A DNA stretch of 64,000 nt from Candidatus Melainabacteria bacterium 17Bon1m (GTDB taxonomy: Bacteria > Cyanobacteriota > Vampirovibrionia > Obscuribacterales > Obscuribacteraceae), in contig JAVLKG010000003.1 of NCBI GenBank assembly GCA_032128875.1, positions 577,008-641,007 of the forward strand, read 5' to 3'. The position numbers were made by a program, and so were the translations under genes. A model generated the notes under the pieces. The model was not told where the DNA came from. It worked only from the letters and a program-made list of their open reading frames with translations, and did no database searches. Below are positions 1-10,505 of this stretch, piece by piece; the stretch's first letter is position 1; every line of letters starts with the position of its first letter.

Positions 1-366
1 CAGTTTGACATGAATTCGAGCAAGAACAGTCAAATCTTCTTTACTGGCGAAATGATTTATCCGTGGATGTTCGACGAGTACAACTGTTTGAAGCAGTTTA
101 AAGAAGTGGCGGAACAGTTGGCGACGTATTCTGATTGGCCTGCGCTCTACGATATTGAAGCGCTTAAGTCTTGTACCGTTCCATGCGTTGGAACTATCTA
201 TCATAACGACCTCTATGTTGACCGCGTGATGGCGGAGGAAACTGCGAAGACAATTCGTGGGTGCAAGTATTGGTTGACTAATGAGTTTGAGCACGATGGG
301 CTCAGAGAGGAAGGCGAGAAAGTTCTAGATCGCTTACTCGCTTTACTCCATGGGTCATGTGACTAA
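1..366 (+). CDS. Proline iminopeptidase-like alpha/beta hydrolase, C-terminal part (5' truncated by window edge)
   Basis: Frame is open from position 1. Motifs FTGEMIYPWMF, DWPALYD, YHNDLYV and WLTNEFEHDGLR match the C-terminus of prolyl aminopeptidases. Confidence 0.75.
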   Translation, partial: QFDMNSSKNSQIFFTGEMIYPWMFDEYNCLKQFKEVAEQLATYSDWPALYDIEALKSCTVPCVGTIYHNDLYVDRVMAEETAKTIRGCKYWLTNEFEHDGLREEGEKVLDRLLALLHGSCD

Positions 367-471
367 AGAAAGCGAAGTGATAACTGAGGCTATTGAACCT
401 TCTTAACCGTTTGGAACATCCAGCCGCTGAAACGGTCATATCACTGGATTGTCATCAAAGGGGTAAGGGGT

Positions 472-909
472 ATGGTACGCGCTCTCTTAAATGGTCTGGT
501 TGGTTCGTTGGCGCTTACGGCGGCTCATCAATTGCTTCGTCGCTTTGTTTCAGATGCGCCGCGATTGGATAATCTTGGTATGGAAAGCATTGAGAAAGTC
601 TATGCCGCAGTTGGCAAAGAGCCGCCCAGTGACGGTGTTTTATTTAAGAACGCGTTAGTAAGCGACATTGTTGGAAACGCGCTTTTCTATAGTCAGGTGG
701 GCTCGCGGGGCGGTGCTGGCACTATAGCAAAAGGCGTTTCGCTCGGGTTGACCATGGGCGCTGGTGCTTCAACGTTACCGGCTCTTTTGGGAATGAGTAA
801 AGACAATAGTCAGAAAAGTACGAGGCAGGCGGCGATGACGATTGGGCTTTATGTTCTGGGAGGAATTGCGGCAGCATGCGCTGCACAATGTTGTTCTAAG
901 TCAGAATAG
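472..909 (+). CDS. Hypothetical membrane protein
   Basis: 145-aa ORF with ATG, a G-rich SD-like sequence upstream and several hydrophobic segments. Confidence 0.65.
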   Translation: MVRALLNGLVGSLALTAAHQLLRRFVSDAPRLDNLGMESIEKVYAAVGKEPPSDGVLFKNALVSDIVGNALFYSQVGSRGGAGTIAKGVSLGLTMGAGASTLPALLGMSKDNSQKSTRQAAMTIGLYVLGGIAAACAAQCCSKSE

Positions 910-936
910 TTGTGGATTTGTATAAGACGTCAGAAT

Positions 937-967
937 GAAAGAACGGTGCGTGCAATTGCGGGCACCG
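937..967 (-). terminator. Probable intrinsic terminator downstream of hutH
   Basis: Inverted repeat CGGTGC-G-TGC-AATT-GCG-G-GCACCG (944-967), followed on the minus strand by TTCTTTC. Confidence 0.5.
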
Positions 968-989
968 GATATGGTGAACAAGAATGTGT

Positions 990-1018
990 GCGGCAAAGAT
1001 GCCAGCGGCAAAGATGCC
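990..1018. repeat. Direct repeat GCGGCAAAGATGCC x2 (REP-like)
   Basis: Identical 14-mers at 990-1003 and 1005-1018, between convergent genes. Confidence 0.6.
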
Positions 1019-1029
1019 TGCGTTCTGAC

Positions 1030-2631
1030 CTAGTCTAGCGGTCCTAAAACAGACTCCACTTTCTCGAGCAATTGGTTGTTCTCGATCAGTTTTTCTGCCT
1101 TATCTATATCGATGTGCACTTCTCTGTCTTCATCCATGTGCGGTATGTTTTCGCGTACAAGTTTGTATGCCGCATCAACACCGCGCCCTGGTGCGAGCCC
1201 GATCGACTGTTGGTCGCATGTTTCGTGAGTGATGGCGTCTCCGCAATTGCCAATCCGGAAGTCGATGCCTTGACACGCGCAGACGAGTTCGATCGCGAGC
1301 GATTTGCGAACGTTTTCCAAAATAGTGCGCGCTTTGCGTGCTGCAATAGAGCCCATTGAGACGTGGTCTTCCTGGTTTGCGTTGGTCGTAATGGAATCAA
1401 CGCTGGCCGGGTGAGCGAGTACTTTGTTTTCAGAAACGAGCGCAGCAGAGGTGTACTGCGAAATCATCAATCCTGAATTGAGACCGCCCTTGTGCGTGAG
1501 GAATGGCGGCAGTCCGTCCGACAACGCAGGGTTAAGCAAACGTTCGACGCGACGCTCGGAGATATTCGCGAGTTCTGCGATGGCAATCGCCATGTAATCC
1601 ATTGCCAGCGCAAGCGGCTGTCCATGGAAGTTTCCACCGGAAAGCGCGTAGCCATCGAACACGAGCGGATTGTCTGTCGCCGAGTTGATTTCTATTTCCA
1701 AAACCTGCCGCACATGCTCGAATGCCTGGCGCGAAGCGCCATGGACTTGCGGCATGCAGCGCAGCGAATATGCGTCTTGAACACGTGTACAGCCGGTGTG
1801 GCTTTTGATGAGTTCGCTCTCGGCGAGCAGTCTGCGCAAATTGGCTGCTGCTTTCGCTTGGCCGCGATGAGGGCGGACTTGCTGGATTACGTCTGCGAAA
1901 GGTTTTTCTGACCCGAGATGCGCTTCCAGAGACATTGCGCCGATGATATCGGCAACTTTTGCCAGTCTTTCCGCTTGGAGCAGGGTGAGGGTTCCGACAG
2001 CCGACATCATTTGGGTGCCGTTAATGAGGGCTAGTCCTTCCTTTGCAGAAAGTTCGATAGCGGTCAATTTAGCTTTCTTAAGTGCGTCGGCGCCCGACAT
2101 GCGCTTTCCTTCGAAAATGGCTTCGCCCTCACCGATGAGGACAAGAGCTAAATGCGACAGGGGCGCAAGGTCTCCCGACGCTCCGAGTGAACCTTTTTCC
2201 GGAACAATCGGATGAACGCCTCGATTGAGCATGTCCAGCAAGAGGTCGACGACCTCGATTCGGATTCCAGAATATCCCTTGGCGAGCGCGTTTGCCCGCA
2301 AAAGCATGATGGCGCGGACAGTCGGCTCGTCGAAAGACGGCCCGACGCCGGCGGCGTGGCTCAGAAGGAGGTTGCGCTGCAGTTGCGACGCGTCCTCTTT
2401 CTTGATGACTACATCCTTAAATTTGCCAAAGCCGGTTGTGATGCCATAAACCACAGCACCTTCGTGGAGAAACTTCTCGACGACTGCGCGGCTCTTGGAA
2501 AGCTGCTCTGTTGCCATCGCTGAAAGCTTAACAGTGGCAGTGCCGCGCGCGACTCGCTCGACGTCCTCCAGGGTCAGTCTGTGACCATCTATCTGCAGGG
2601 TGGAGGAGGATTTTGTTGTTGTTGTGACCAT
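1030..2631 (-). CDS. hutH: Histidine ammonia-lyase
   Basis: VYGITTGFG, MIO-forming GSLGASGDLAPL, KEGLALINGTQ, RVQDAYSLRCMPQVHGA, SGGNFHG, NQEDHVSMG. Confidence 0.95.
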   Translation of the reverse strand: MVTTTTKSSSTLQIDGHRLTLEDVERVARGTATVKLSAMATEQLSKSRAVVEKFLHEGAVVYGITTGFGKFKDVVIKKEDASQLQRNLLLSHAAGVGPSFDEPTVRAIMLLRANALAKGYSGIRIEVVDLLLDMLNRGVHPIVPEKGSLGASGDLAPLSHLALVLIGEGEAIFEGKRMSGADALKKAKLTAIELSAKEGLALINGTQMMSAVGTLTLLQAERLAKVADIIGAMSLEAHLGSEKPFADVIQQVRPHRGQAKAAANLRRLLAESELIKSHTGCTRVQDAYSLRCMPQVHGASRQAFEHVRQVLEIEINSATDNPLVFDGYALSGGNFHGQPLALAMDYMAIAIAELANISERRVERLLNPALSDGLPPFLTHKGGLNSGLMISQYTSAALVSENKVLAHPASVDSITTNANQEDHVSMGSIAARKARTILENVRKSLAIELVCACQGIDFRIGNCGDAITHETCDQQSIGLAPGRGVDAAYKLVRENIPHMDEDREVHIDIDKAEKLIENNQLLEKVESVLGPLD

Positions 2632-3048
2632 GCTTTGGGTGTCCTAAAGACGTTTGCGAGAAGTTTATAGATTCGTTCGAGAGTCCTTCAGCCTTGGCTG
2701 GCGCATGAGTTGCGCCCCGGCGAACCGGCACGAAAAACGTTCTATGAATGTTACCAGCCCAAAACAACATACAAGGATTTGCTAATTATCGCTGAATCTT
2801 GAGGGACTTCTTGGCATCGGAACAAAACCAGACTGTTAACGTCTTTCAACGTTTACATTCGCTTTCATGAGTCCAGTCCGAATGACCTTATCGGTTTTTG
2901 GAAGTTTTTGAGGGCAAAAGCTAGTGAAAATCAGGGTTTGTGGCACCTAGCCGCATGGTAAGATGAAGGTGCAAAAGTTGTCAAAGCTTTGGTTCGCCAA
3001 TCTCTTTAGTGTCCGCGGGGTTGCCCTTTTCCGGTTTCCCAATTCGAA

Positions 3049-4794
3049 GTGAAAAAGCAAGGTATGACCAGGTCAAACGCCAGTAAATCAAAGGGGAGAA
3101 TGTCTTCGCGCGTCTCTGCTTTGGCGTTTGTGGCTTTGAGCGTTTTTTTAATGGCTCCAGCTTCCTTCGCTGTGGCAGACAATGACGGGAATCTGCTCAA
3201 GCTGGAAGAGAAATTTTTCCAACATACCTATCCGAAAGAGAGTATCGATGCGCGCTTAGACCGTATCGAGAAGATGGTTTTTGGTGAGGCGAAGGACGGC
3301 GATGACGCCGCCCGCTTGTCTGCTCTCGTCCAGGCCGTGCCCAACCTAAATAGTGTTTCTGACTCCGCACCAGCACAAACTGCCAGAAGCGGTGGTTCAT
3401 CTTCAGGCGGCTCGTCAGGTGGAAGCTCAGGTGGCGGACGGCAACCAGCCTCCACACAAGTAGCTGAAGAAGAAGAGTCCGAACCAGCGCCCATCGGGAA
3501 TTACCCAGCGGTTGACGCGATTGAGCGGAAGGCTTTTAACGGGAAAACATACAGCCAAGAACCAGTAAATCAGCGTTTGGCACGCCTCGAAACAAAGTAT
3601 TTCGGTAAGCCATCGAGTAGCACCGACCTGACTGACCGGACCGACAGACTAAAGGCACAGTCTGGAATCGACATTACTAAGAACGCTCCTTTGAATGCCG
3701 ACTGGGCTGACGAGGACGATGACGAGCCTACAAATATTGCGCCACCACAGCCGGTGGCGCGTCGCAATGCAGACAAAGAGTCTTTCAGTGGAAGAAATCT
3801 CGCTGATGACTTCCGCAAGCAAGGATTGATTCCTAAGACCAGCATGGGCGGAAGCGGCATGTATGGCGGCATGGGAAGCAGCGGCACGACAGGCAGTCGA
3901 ATGGGTGCGGGTTCGGGATCGTATGGGGGTGGCTCATACGGTGGTGGCTCATATGGTGGGTCGTCCAGCGGCTCGTATGGAATGGGCAGCGGCGCCGGTA
4001 CTTATGGTGGTCGTTCTACGCCTGCACCGCGTGCAAGACCTCCAATCACCTCGCAAGATTTTGAAGATGATGACGACGATGAGTTGCCACCTCCGAGAAC
4101 TGCGATGGCTTCACCTCGGACTGCACCTGACATTCGCACATCTACTCCACGCGCGCAGGGCATGGGCCTGAACTCTCAAGTCACGCTCATGGAAAACGAA
4201 GTTTTCAACAAGACCTTCCCGAAGGATCCTCTGCCCACGCGCTTACATAGACTGGAACAGTCTCTTTTCCCTGCGGAAAAACCATGGACTGACAAATCAT
4301 TGCCTGACCGCGTCAATCGTTTGGCAAGCGTAATTCAAGTCTCTCCTGGCGGCAGCGCCGGGTCATCACAGCGAGTCGCCCAAAGTCCGCAGCCAGCGCC
4401 GAGTTACAACGACGATGACGGCTACCCGCCGACAGCGCCTAGCATGAGACGCAAGAGTGGCGGACTCGGTAAGATTATCAATTCAATCGGAAACATGATT
4501 GGCGGAGGCTTTGTAGGCGGTTATCCGATGCAGTCCGGCAGCGTGGTCACGGATCCGCGTACTGGTCTTTTACTGGACACGGTGACTGGCAACCTCATAG
4601 ACCCAGCCACCGGCATGGTTGTGCGGCAGTCTGCTCCGAGATATGGCACCGGATATGGTAGCGGTGTCGGCACGTTTGGAAGTGGATTTTCCACAGGTGG
4701 TTTTGGAATCGGAACAGGCGGTGTTCGATTCGGCGGCGGCGGCATGGGAATGCCGATGGGCGGCTATGGCTTCGGTGGGGGCATGTGGCCTTAA
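3049..4794 (+). CDS. Secreted hypothetical protein with three repeats of an LE..F..TY..RL.RLE..FG helical module and Gly/Ser/Tyr-rich linkers
   Basis: 581-aa ORF with a signal-peptide-like segment (SALAFVALSVFLMAPASFA) and three similar modules. The start may instead be ATG 3064 or 3100. Confidence 0.8.
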   Translation: MKKQGMTRSNASKSKGRMSSRVSALAFVALSVFLMAPASFAVADNDGNLLKLEEKFFQHTYPKESIDARLDRIEKMVFGEAKDGDDAARLSALVQAVPNLNSVSDSAPAQTARSGGSSSGGSSGGSSGGGRQPASTQVAEEEESEPAPIGNYPAVDAIERKAFNGKTYSQEPVNQRLARLETKYFGKPSSSTDLTDRTDRLKAQSGIDITKNAPLNADWADEDDDEPTNIAPPQPVARRNADKESFSGRNLADDFRKQGLIPKTSMGGSGMYGGMGSSGTTGSRMGAGSGSYGGGSYGGGSYGGSSSGSYGMGSGAGTYGGRSTPAPRARPPITSQDFEDDDDDELPPPRTAMASPRTAPDIRTSTPRAQGMGLNSQVTLMENEVFNKTFPKDPLPTRLHRLEQSLFPAEKPWTDKSLPDRVNRLASVIQVSPGGSAGSSQRVAQSPQPAPSYNDDDGYPPTAPSMRRKSGGLGKIINSIGNMIGGGFVGGYPMQSGSVVTDPRTGLLLDTVTGNLIDPATGMVVRQSAPRYGTGYGSGVGTFGSGFSTGGFGIGTGGVRFGGGGMGMPMGGYGFGGGMWP

Positions 4795-4820
4795 CCACAT
4801 CCGAAAGTTAGAGGTTTTGC

Positions 4821-5720
4821 GTGATTCTCGTTCTTGGCGGTTCTGGTTTGCTTGGAAGCGCTATCTTGAGGCACTTGCATCGGCAGAGATATCCGGCAAG
4901 AGTGTTGACCCGCGGAATGGGGGATTGGAGAAGTTCCAATATCCCCAATTTGAAACAGCAGGGTACCGAAGTTGTCGTCGGCGAAATGACCGACCCCGCT
5001 GTTCTTGCTAGAGCGATAAGTGGTTGCACTGCGGTAATTCATGCGGGAGGCAGCTTCTTCCAATCAAATGCGCAAACGATGAAATCAGAGCATCTCGATG
5101 TAGTCGGTGAACTTGCGCGCATTGCAGAGTCGGGCGGCGTCCAGCGATTTATTCATGTGAGCTGCTTGGGTGCATCCGAACATTCATCCAGCACTATGAT
5201 GCAATACAAATGGGAAAGCGAACAAGTAATCAAAGACACTCGCTTCTACTGGACGATTGTGCGTCCTTCTTACTTCTTCGGAACATCTTTTCCTTTTCTC
5301 AATGCTTTGTTGCCTGTGCTTAAGCTCAAGCCGGTGATACCGATACCAGGAGCAGGGCTTTGTGAATTAGAGCCGGTCTTTGTTGACGACGTGGCAAACG
5401 TCATCGTGCAAAGTCTTTACAACCGGGGCTCAGTAAGCAAAACCTATGAAATCGGCGGACCCGTCACCTACACGCTGCTCGAATTTATTGAATTGGTTAA
5501 GGAGTACATGAAAATCAAGACCGCGATCATGCATATTCCGACAGACAGCGCTGACAAGACCGCGAAAGTTTTTGGCAAGATCGTCAAGAACGTTCACACA
5601 GATTTGATCGGATTGATGTCCGTAGATTCGATATGCAAAAACGAAGAACAGGAGCTGCCTGTCGAATTGTCAGGAATGACTCTTGAAGAGCATCTAGGGA
5701 CAATTATTCAAAATCTTTAG
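4821..5720 (+). CDS. NAD(P)-binding atypical SDR (NDUFA9-like epimerase/dehydratase family)
   Basis: ILVLGGSGLLG Rossmann motif, RFIHVSCLGA, KWESE, WTIVRPS, PVFVDDVA, YEIGGP. Confidence 0.85.
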   Translation: MILVLGGSGLLGSAILRHLHRQRYPARVLTRGMGDWRSSNIPNLKQQGTEVVVGEMTDPAVLARAISGCTAVIHAGGSFFQSNAQTMKSEHLDVVGELARIAESGGVQRFIHVSCLGASEHSSSTMMQYKWESEQVIKDTRFYWTIVRPSYFFGTSFPFLNALLPVLKLKPVIPIPGAGLCELEPVFVDDVANVIVQSLYNRGSVSKTYEIGGPVTYTLLEFIELVKEYMKIKTAIMHIPTDSADKTAKVFGKIVKNVHTDLIGLMSVDSICKNEEQELPVELSGMTLEEHLGTIIQNL

Positions 5721-5839
5721 TCTTTGGCGAAGCAACCCAAGCAATGCATAAGGCAGCGCCGGGCGGAATATGCTAACTTTAGGTGTTCTATTAATTTCCA
5801 AGTATTTGGAATACCAAGGCAGCGCGTGAGGGCTTACAG

Positions 5840-6184
5840 ATGATCAGACTCGGCAAACCAGTACAGTTGCTTGAGTGGGGGCAAGGCACAAATACGACCA
5901 ATCAAGTTTGGACGAAATTCGCCGAAGGCACTATAGAAGGCAAGCCGCGCACGGTCGACGGAGTAACAACTGCGATTATTGCTATAAGTGGCAAGCTTCA
6001 GAAGAATAACGGTGGCGATGACCACGTGAAGATAATGCAGCAAGGCGAAGGCATGACGCCGGCATCACAGAAGTGGGGCGAAGTCGCGATGGGCACGCTC
6101 AGCAATGTTGATGAGAGCGGCGGCAAAACACTGGTTCACATCGCACTGAAAGGCGCTATCAAAGTCGGACGCCTGGTGCAGTAA
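5840..6184 (+). CDS. Hypothetical protein made of two ~55-aa internal repeats
   Basis: 114-aa ORF with SD-like GAGG upstream and a visible internal duplication. Confidence 0.7.
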   Translation: MIRLGKPVQLLEWGQGTNTTNQVWTKFAEGTIEGKPRTVDGVTTAIIAISGKLQKNNGGDDHVKIMQQGEGMTPASQKWGEVAMGTLSNVDESGGKTLVHIALKGAIKVGRLVQ

Positions 6185-6193
6185 AATCGATAC

Positions 6194-6862
6194 TTACTTC
6201 AAATAAGATTTTGACAGGGAGACGCTCGGCGTCTCCTTTGTTTTTTCTTCTTTCTCGACGTACTGCTTTAGCTGTTTGACGATTTCATTTTGAACGAACT
6301 TGAGAAAGAAGGCCACCATAGACGGTGGCACCATGGCGCCTGCGTCAACGTGCAAAGTGTAGGTCAACTTTGTCTTGCCGCCGCCTTGTGCAGCGAGTTC
6401 CCACGAGCCATCAACGTGCTTGAAATTGCCGTCGAGTTGTTTCCAGTTGATGCGATGTGGGCTGTCGGCGATGTTTGTAACAGTGTGCTGGACCGCGTTT
6501 TTAACAAACATCTGCGGCTTTAGGTACGTTTCTACGTAGATTAGGTCACCATCACGCTTGATGATTTCAGAGGTCTTTATGCGTTTAAATATCCGTGGGT
6601 AATTTTCGAACTTGACTAGTGCGTTCCAAACATTCGTCGGCGTCGAGGCGATCATAATGTCGACTGCCGACTCCGCCATCCCTTTGGGCAGCTTCTTACC
6701 TGGTTCATAGACCGGAATTTGCTCGTTTGTTACAGTTGTTTCGTCAGCTTTGGTTTTCTGCTTACCGAATGAAGCGGGAGCACATATAGGCGAAGACAAA
6801 AGCAAGGCAGCACAGAGGCTTACGCCAAGCCATGAGGTGAGAAGGGCTCGCTTTATTTTCAC
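6194..6862 (-). CDS. SRPBCC/START (polyketide cyclase-like) domain protein with signal peptide
   Basis: VWNALVKFENYPRIF, INWKQLDGNFKHVDGSWEL, TKLTY; hydrophobic N-terminus. Confidence 0.8.
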   Translation of the reverse strand: MKIKRALLTSWLGVSLCAALLLSSPICAPASFGKQKTKADETTVTNEQIPVYEPGKKLPKGMAESAVDIMIASTPTNVWNALVKFENYPRIFKRIKTSEIIKRDGDLIYVETYLKPQMFVKNAVQHTVTNIADSPHRINWKQLDGNFKHVDGSWELAAQGGGKTKLTYTLHVDAGAMVPPSMVAFFLKFVQNEIVKQLKQYVEKEEKTKETPSVSLSKSYLK

Positions 6863-6881
6863 CGGAATCTCCGAGCAGACA

Positions 6882-8528
6882 CTACAGTCTATACCACGAA
6901 GTGAAAATGCTCATGTCGTTGACTCTGCCTATTTTTCCAGTTAAGACTTGTGCTTTGCCTAATCCGCAGCGGTCTTGAACTCTGCCAAGTGGATCGATTA
7001 TTGCGGAAGGTCCGGTGTTCGCGGCAAAGACGACATAACGGCGATTTTCAACAGCGCGCATAACAGAAGTGGCGATCATTTGTTCGCCAATTAATGAATC
7101 GTGAAACCATGCTAAGTCGCTGATATTCACCAATACTTGAGCCCCTTCCCTAACCGTGGAAGCCACCTCTTCTGGCGAAATGATTTCGAAGCAGATCAGC
7201 GGCCCAACTCTTGCTGTTGCGAAGTCGAACACCTCTGGTTTGTTACCTGCGTTGAAACCGCCGCCAGCCGGAGTGTTTGTCATGCGGCGCGCCCATTCGG
7301 GAAGCAATTGAAGAAAGGGTGGTGCGTATTCACCGACTGGCACAAGATAGCGTTTGTGGTAAATGTTGTCGACAATCTTGCCACTACTAGTGATGCCATA
7401 AGCAGAATTGTACGGCTTGCCATTTTGATCTTTATCCATCGCTCCGACGACAATGTCGGTGCCTCTCTTCGATGCCAGGTCTTTGAGATTCTGCTGCGTT
7501 CCTCTTTCCATACAAAGGTAGGTAGGTAGCGCACTTTCAGTCCAAACAGAAAGTCCTTTCGGCGCAGACATCATCAAGTCTCTATGAATGCGGAAAAGAT
7601 CTTCAATGCCATAACGCACCGTCGTCTTTTGCATGTCGATATTGATATTCTGTTGAACAACTGAGACCGGAATATCAGCTTTGAAGTTTAGAGTTGAAGA
7701 TTGGTAGAAACCGAAAGCAAGAAGTCCGGTGAGCAGCACAGCCATTGCAAAACATTGATAAACAGCCGCTGTTCGGGAAGGCGCTTGCAGCGAAGCTACA
7801 CCTTTCAATTTCGAGAAGTTCGCAATTAGCGTGGCAAAAACTGTGTTGCACATCACCATGACATAGGATAATCCGATACCGCCGATGATACTAGCGATTT
7901 GGATGAGCGAGATTTGTTTGTACTGCGTGTATTCGAGCATGGCAAATGGCACGCCCAGTGCTATATGTGCGTTGCCGAGCTTGTTGACGATAAGTATCCA
8001 GAGCAAGGGAAGTATTAAAAACGCAGGCAACTTAATGCGTTTTTTTGAGCCTTCTGGGACGAACTGACCAGTCGTCGGAACAAGATATGCGACGGCTGAG
8101 AAAAGCCCGATGATCAGTCCTTGATGAACTGAAATGACCAGCAATGCCAAGCAGGCCAACAGCCATCCTTGCCATTGGTTGAATCCTAGCCAATCTAAGG
8201 GCTGAAGCCCAAGGTACCAATTTTGGTAAACCATGTTGTAGGCGGTGCCGAAGGCAGTACCGCGAAGAAAGGCTTGCAGTATGCTCTTGCTTGATGCTGT
8301 AAGGAGCAGAAGCGGCGCCAGTGCGAACCATGCAAGGAAGGAAAGGGACAGCGGGTGACCGACGCCCGGTGGTGCAGGAATCATAATTCCTGGTGCGGAG
8401 AGTCCAAGGATTGCTCCGCCCAACAACGCCCAACCCAAGTTAGAAGGCCAGCTGAATTTGAATTGCGGCTTCTTGGATTTGCCTTTGGCTTCTTTTTTTG
8501 ATTGACGCTTCTCTGCCGTTTTCGTCAT
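6882..8528 (-). CDS. lnt: Apolipoprotein N-acyltransferase
   Basis: N-terminal TM helices; nitrilase-fold triad motifs VWTESA, YHKRYLVPVGEY, PLICFEI; NISDLAWF, RAVEN, ANTGPSAIIDPLG. Confidence 0.92.
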   Translation of the reverse strand: MTKTAEKRQSKKEAKGKSKKPQFKFSWPSNLGWALLGGAILGLSAPGIMIPAPPGVGHPLSLSFLAWFALAPLLLLTASSKSILQAFLRGTAFGTAYNMVYQNWYLGLQPLDWLGFNQWQGWLLACLALLVISVHQGLIIGLFSAVAYLVPTTGQFVPEGSKKRIKLPAFLILPLLWILIVNKLGNAHIALGVPFAMLEYTQYKQISLIQIASIIGGIGLSYVMVMCNTVFATLIANFSKLKGVASLQAPSRTAAVYQCFAMAVLLTGLLAFGFYQSSTLNFKADIPVSVVQQNINIDMQKTTVRYGIEDLFRIHRDLMMSAPKGLSVWTESALPTYLCMERGTQQNLKDLASKRGTDIVVGAMDKDQNGKPYNSAYGITSSGKIVDNIYHKRYLVPVGEYAPPFLQLLPEWARRMTNTPAGGGFNAGNKPEVFDFATARVGPLICFEIISPEEVASTVREGAQVLVNISDLAWFHDSLIGEQMIATSVMRAVENRRYVVFAANTGPSAIIDPLGRVQDRCGLGKAQVLTGKIGRVNDMSIFTSWYRL

Positions 8529-8726
8529 CCACTTAGTAATCGATGTTTCCAGCCGATTTCATTATAGATACTTTGGCGCACCCAAACCGTAAATTGTGTG
8601 CAGTTACGACTAGTGCCGCTTTCCCCAACAAATTTCCCCAACAAATTTCAAAGGGAGCGTTTATCGCTCCCTTTGGATTGAACTGTTCGGCTGTAAGCCA
8701 AATGTTTTCGAGTTATGCGCCCGCGA

Positions 8727-9839
8727 TTATGGCTCTTTCTTTGCCAATTCTGCTTTGACACGTTGCTCGATTTCTTTGAGCATAGCAGGGTTCGCTTCCA
8801 AGAATGTTCTTGCTTGGTCGCGTCCTTGACCGATGCGCTCTTCTTTGTAGCTGAACCAGGTACCGGATTTCTTGACGATTTCCAGTTCGGCGGCTGTATC
8901 GAGCAAGCAACCTGCTGAGTTGATGCCGCGTCCGTAAATAATGTCGAACTCAGCGATCCGGAAAGGAGGAGCTACTTTGTTTTTCACTACTTTGACTTTG
9001 ACGCGGTTGCCGTACTCAACACCGTCTTTCTTGAGTGTTTCGATCTTGCGGATATCAAGACGGACTGATGCGTAGAACTTGAGCGCGTTGCCACCGGTTG
9101 TGGTTTCGGGGTTGCCGTACATCACACCGATCTTTTGGCGCAATTGGTTGATGAAGATGACCATGGTGTTGGTCTTGCTTACGATTGCCGTAAGTTTTCT
9201 CAGAGCTTGGCTCATCAAACGAGCTTGCAGGCCTGGCAGACTGTCACCCATTTCGCCTTCGATTTCAGCCTTCGGAACCAATGCTGCGACCGAGTCGATG
9301 ATGACCAAATCAACAGCGCCGGAGCGAACCAACTGTTCGGTAATTTCCAAAGCTTGTTCGCCGGTGTCTGGTTGCGAAATCAAAAGCTCGTCAACGTTGA
9401 CGCCGAGAGCTCTTGCATATTCAGGATCCATTGCGTGTTCAGCATCAACGATTGCCGCGATGCCGCCCATTTTTTGAATTTCTGCTGCAACGTGTTGTGC
9501 CAGCGTGGTTTTACCGGAAGACTCCGGTCCATATACTTCAATGATTCTGCCGCGGGGCAAACCGCCGACGCCCAAAGCAACGTCTAAAGACAGTGCGCCA
9601 GTAGGCACTACTTCAATCGACTGATGTTTCGAATCGCCGAGGCGCATGATGGAGCCTTCGCCATAGGCTTTCTTGATGGAATCAAGCGCCATGCCGAGGG
9701 CTTTCAATCTTTCCTGCGGTGGTGCGGAATTTTTGTCCTTGTCCTTGCCGTTGTGTTCGGCATGGTTCTTTTTGTCCATTGCTTTTTCCGTGTTTTTATC
9801 GGGAGCGGACTTTTCTTTCTCTTTTGTAGCTACTGCCAT
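8727..9839 (-). CDS. recA: Recombinase RecA (with Lys-rich N-terminal extension)
   Basis: [62 protein letters not shown]. Confidence 0.99.
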   Translation of the reverse strand: MAVATKEKEKSAPDKNTEKAMDKKNHAEHNGKDKDKNSAPPQERLKALGMALDSIKKAYGEGSIMRLGDSKHQSIEVVPTGALSLDVALGVGGLPRGRIIEVYGPESSGKTTLAQHVAAEIQKMGGIAAIVDAEHAMDPEYARALGVNVDELLISQPDTGEQALEITEQLVRSGAVDLVIIDSVAALVPKAEIEGEMGDSLPGLQARLMSQALRKLTAIVSKTNTMVIFINQLRQKIGVMYGNPETTTGGNALKFYASVRLDIRKIETLKKDGVEYGNRVKVKVVKNKVAPPFRIAEFDIIYGRGINSAGCLLDTAAELEIVKKSGTWFSYKEERIGQGRDQARTFLEANPAMLKEIEQRVKAELAKKEP

Positions 9840-10231
9840 TACTTATTCTCCTTTAGATTTTGCTGTACCCGAGCACTCCACAGCCGATTGTGACGTTGGA
9901 TGGCGGGCTCTGCACTCGTGGGGCCGGTGCAAAACCTAATATTCATGCGGATTGCTTATTCACACACCAATCCAAATTATAGCCGCTACAAGGACGCGGA
10001 GCGTATTAAAAGTGGCTCCGTGACCGGATGTCGACCGTTTTTATGTGTCACTGGGATCGACTGTATATACTCTGGTTGTGTTCGACGCCAGGTTTGTAAC
10101 TAGGTGTTCCAGTTATGTGTTTGAGTTGAGTTTTCAGTTTTCGGTCGAAATAGCGTTTTAGACCGAATTGAGATGCGATCGCATATCTTTCTTTTGGGTC
10201 CTCCTGTGAAATGTGCTTCGTTCCGCAGAGT

Positions 10232-10277
10232 TTCCGTTGAAGACTCGATAGGTTCCGTTGAAGAGTCGATGGTTTCC
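10232..10277. repeat. 21-bp imperfect tandem repeat (~2.2 copies)
   Basis: TTCCGTTGAAGACTCGATAGG / TTCCGTTGAAGAGTCGATGGT / TTCC. Confidence 0.7.
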
Positions 10278-10505
10278 ATTTTGGTCGAATTGACGGTGCC
10301 AACCTGCACCCTAATTGGCTTTGTGTTTCAAAGCCTGGCGCGGGGGTATAAAAAGGTTGGCTACCCAACAATTTATATAGGGTGCTTGTTAAATACAGAC
10401 GTAATTCGTCGCCGAAGAGTTCAAAATTCGCCGGCACATTTTATCTGGTGCATTTAAGAACACCTGAATCTGGTATTGGGACTGAATTGTGGAGGCAGGT
10501 GGGCA

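Noticed and set aside
9863-10076. LexA box upstream of recA (CTGTATATACTCTGG at 10061; TGTACCCGAGCACT near 9864)
   Set aside because: Only half-site or mismatched hits to the E. coli or cyanobacterial consensus; not supportable.
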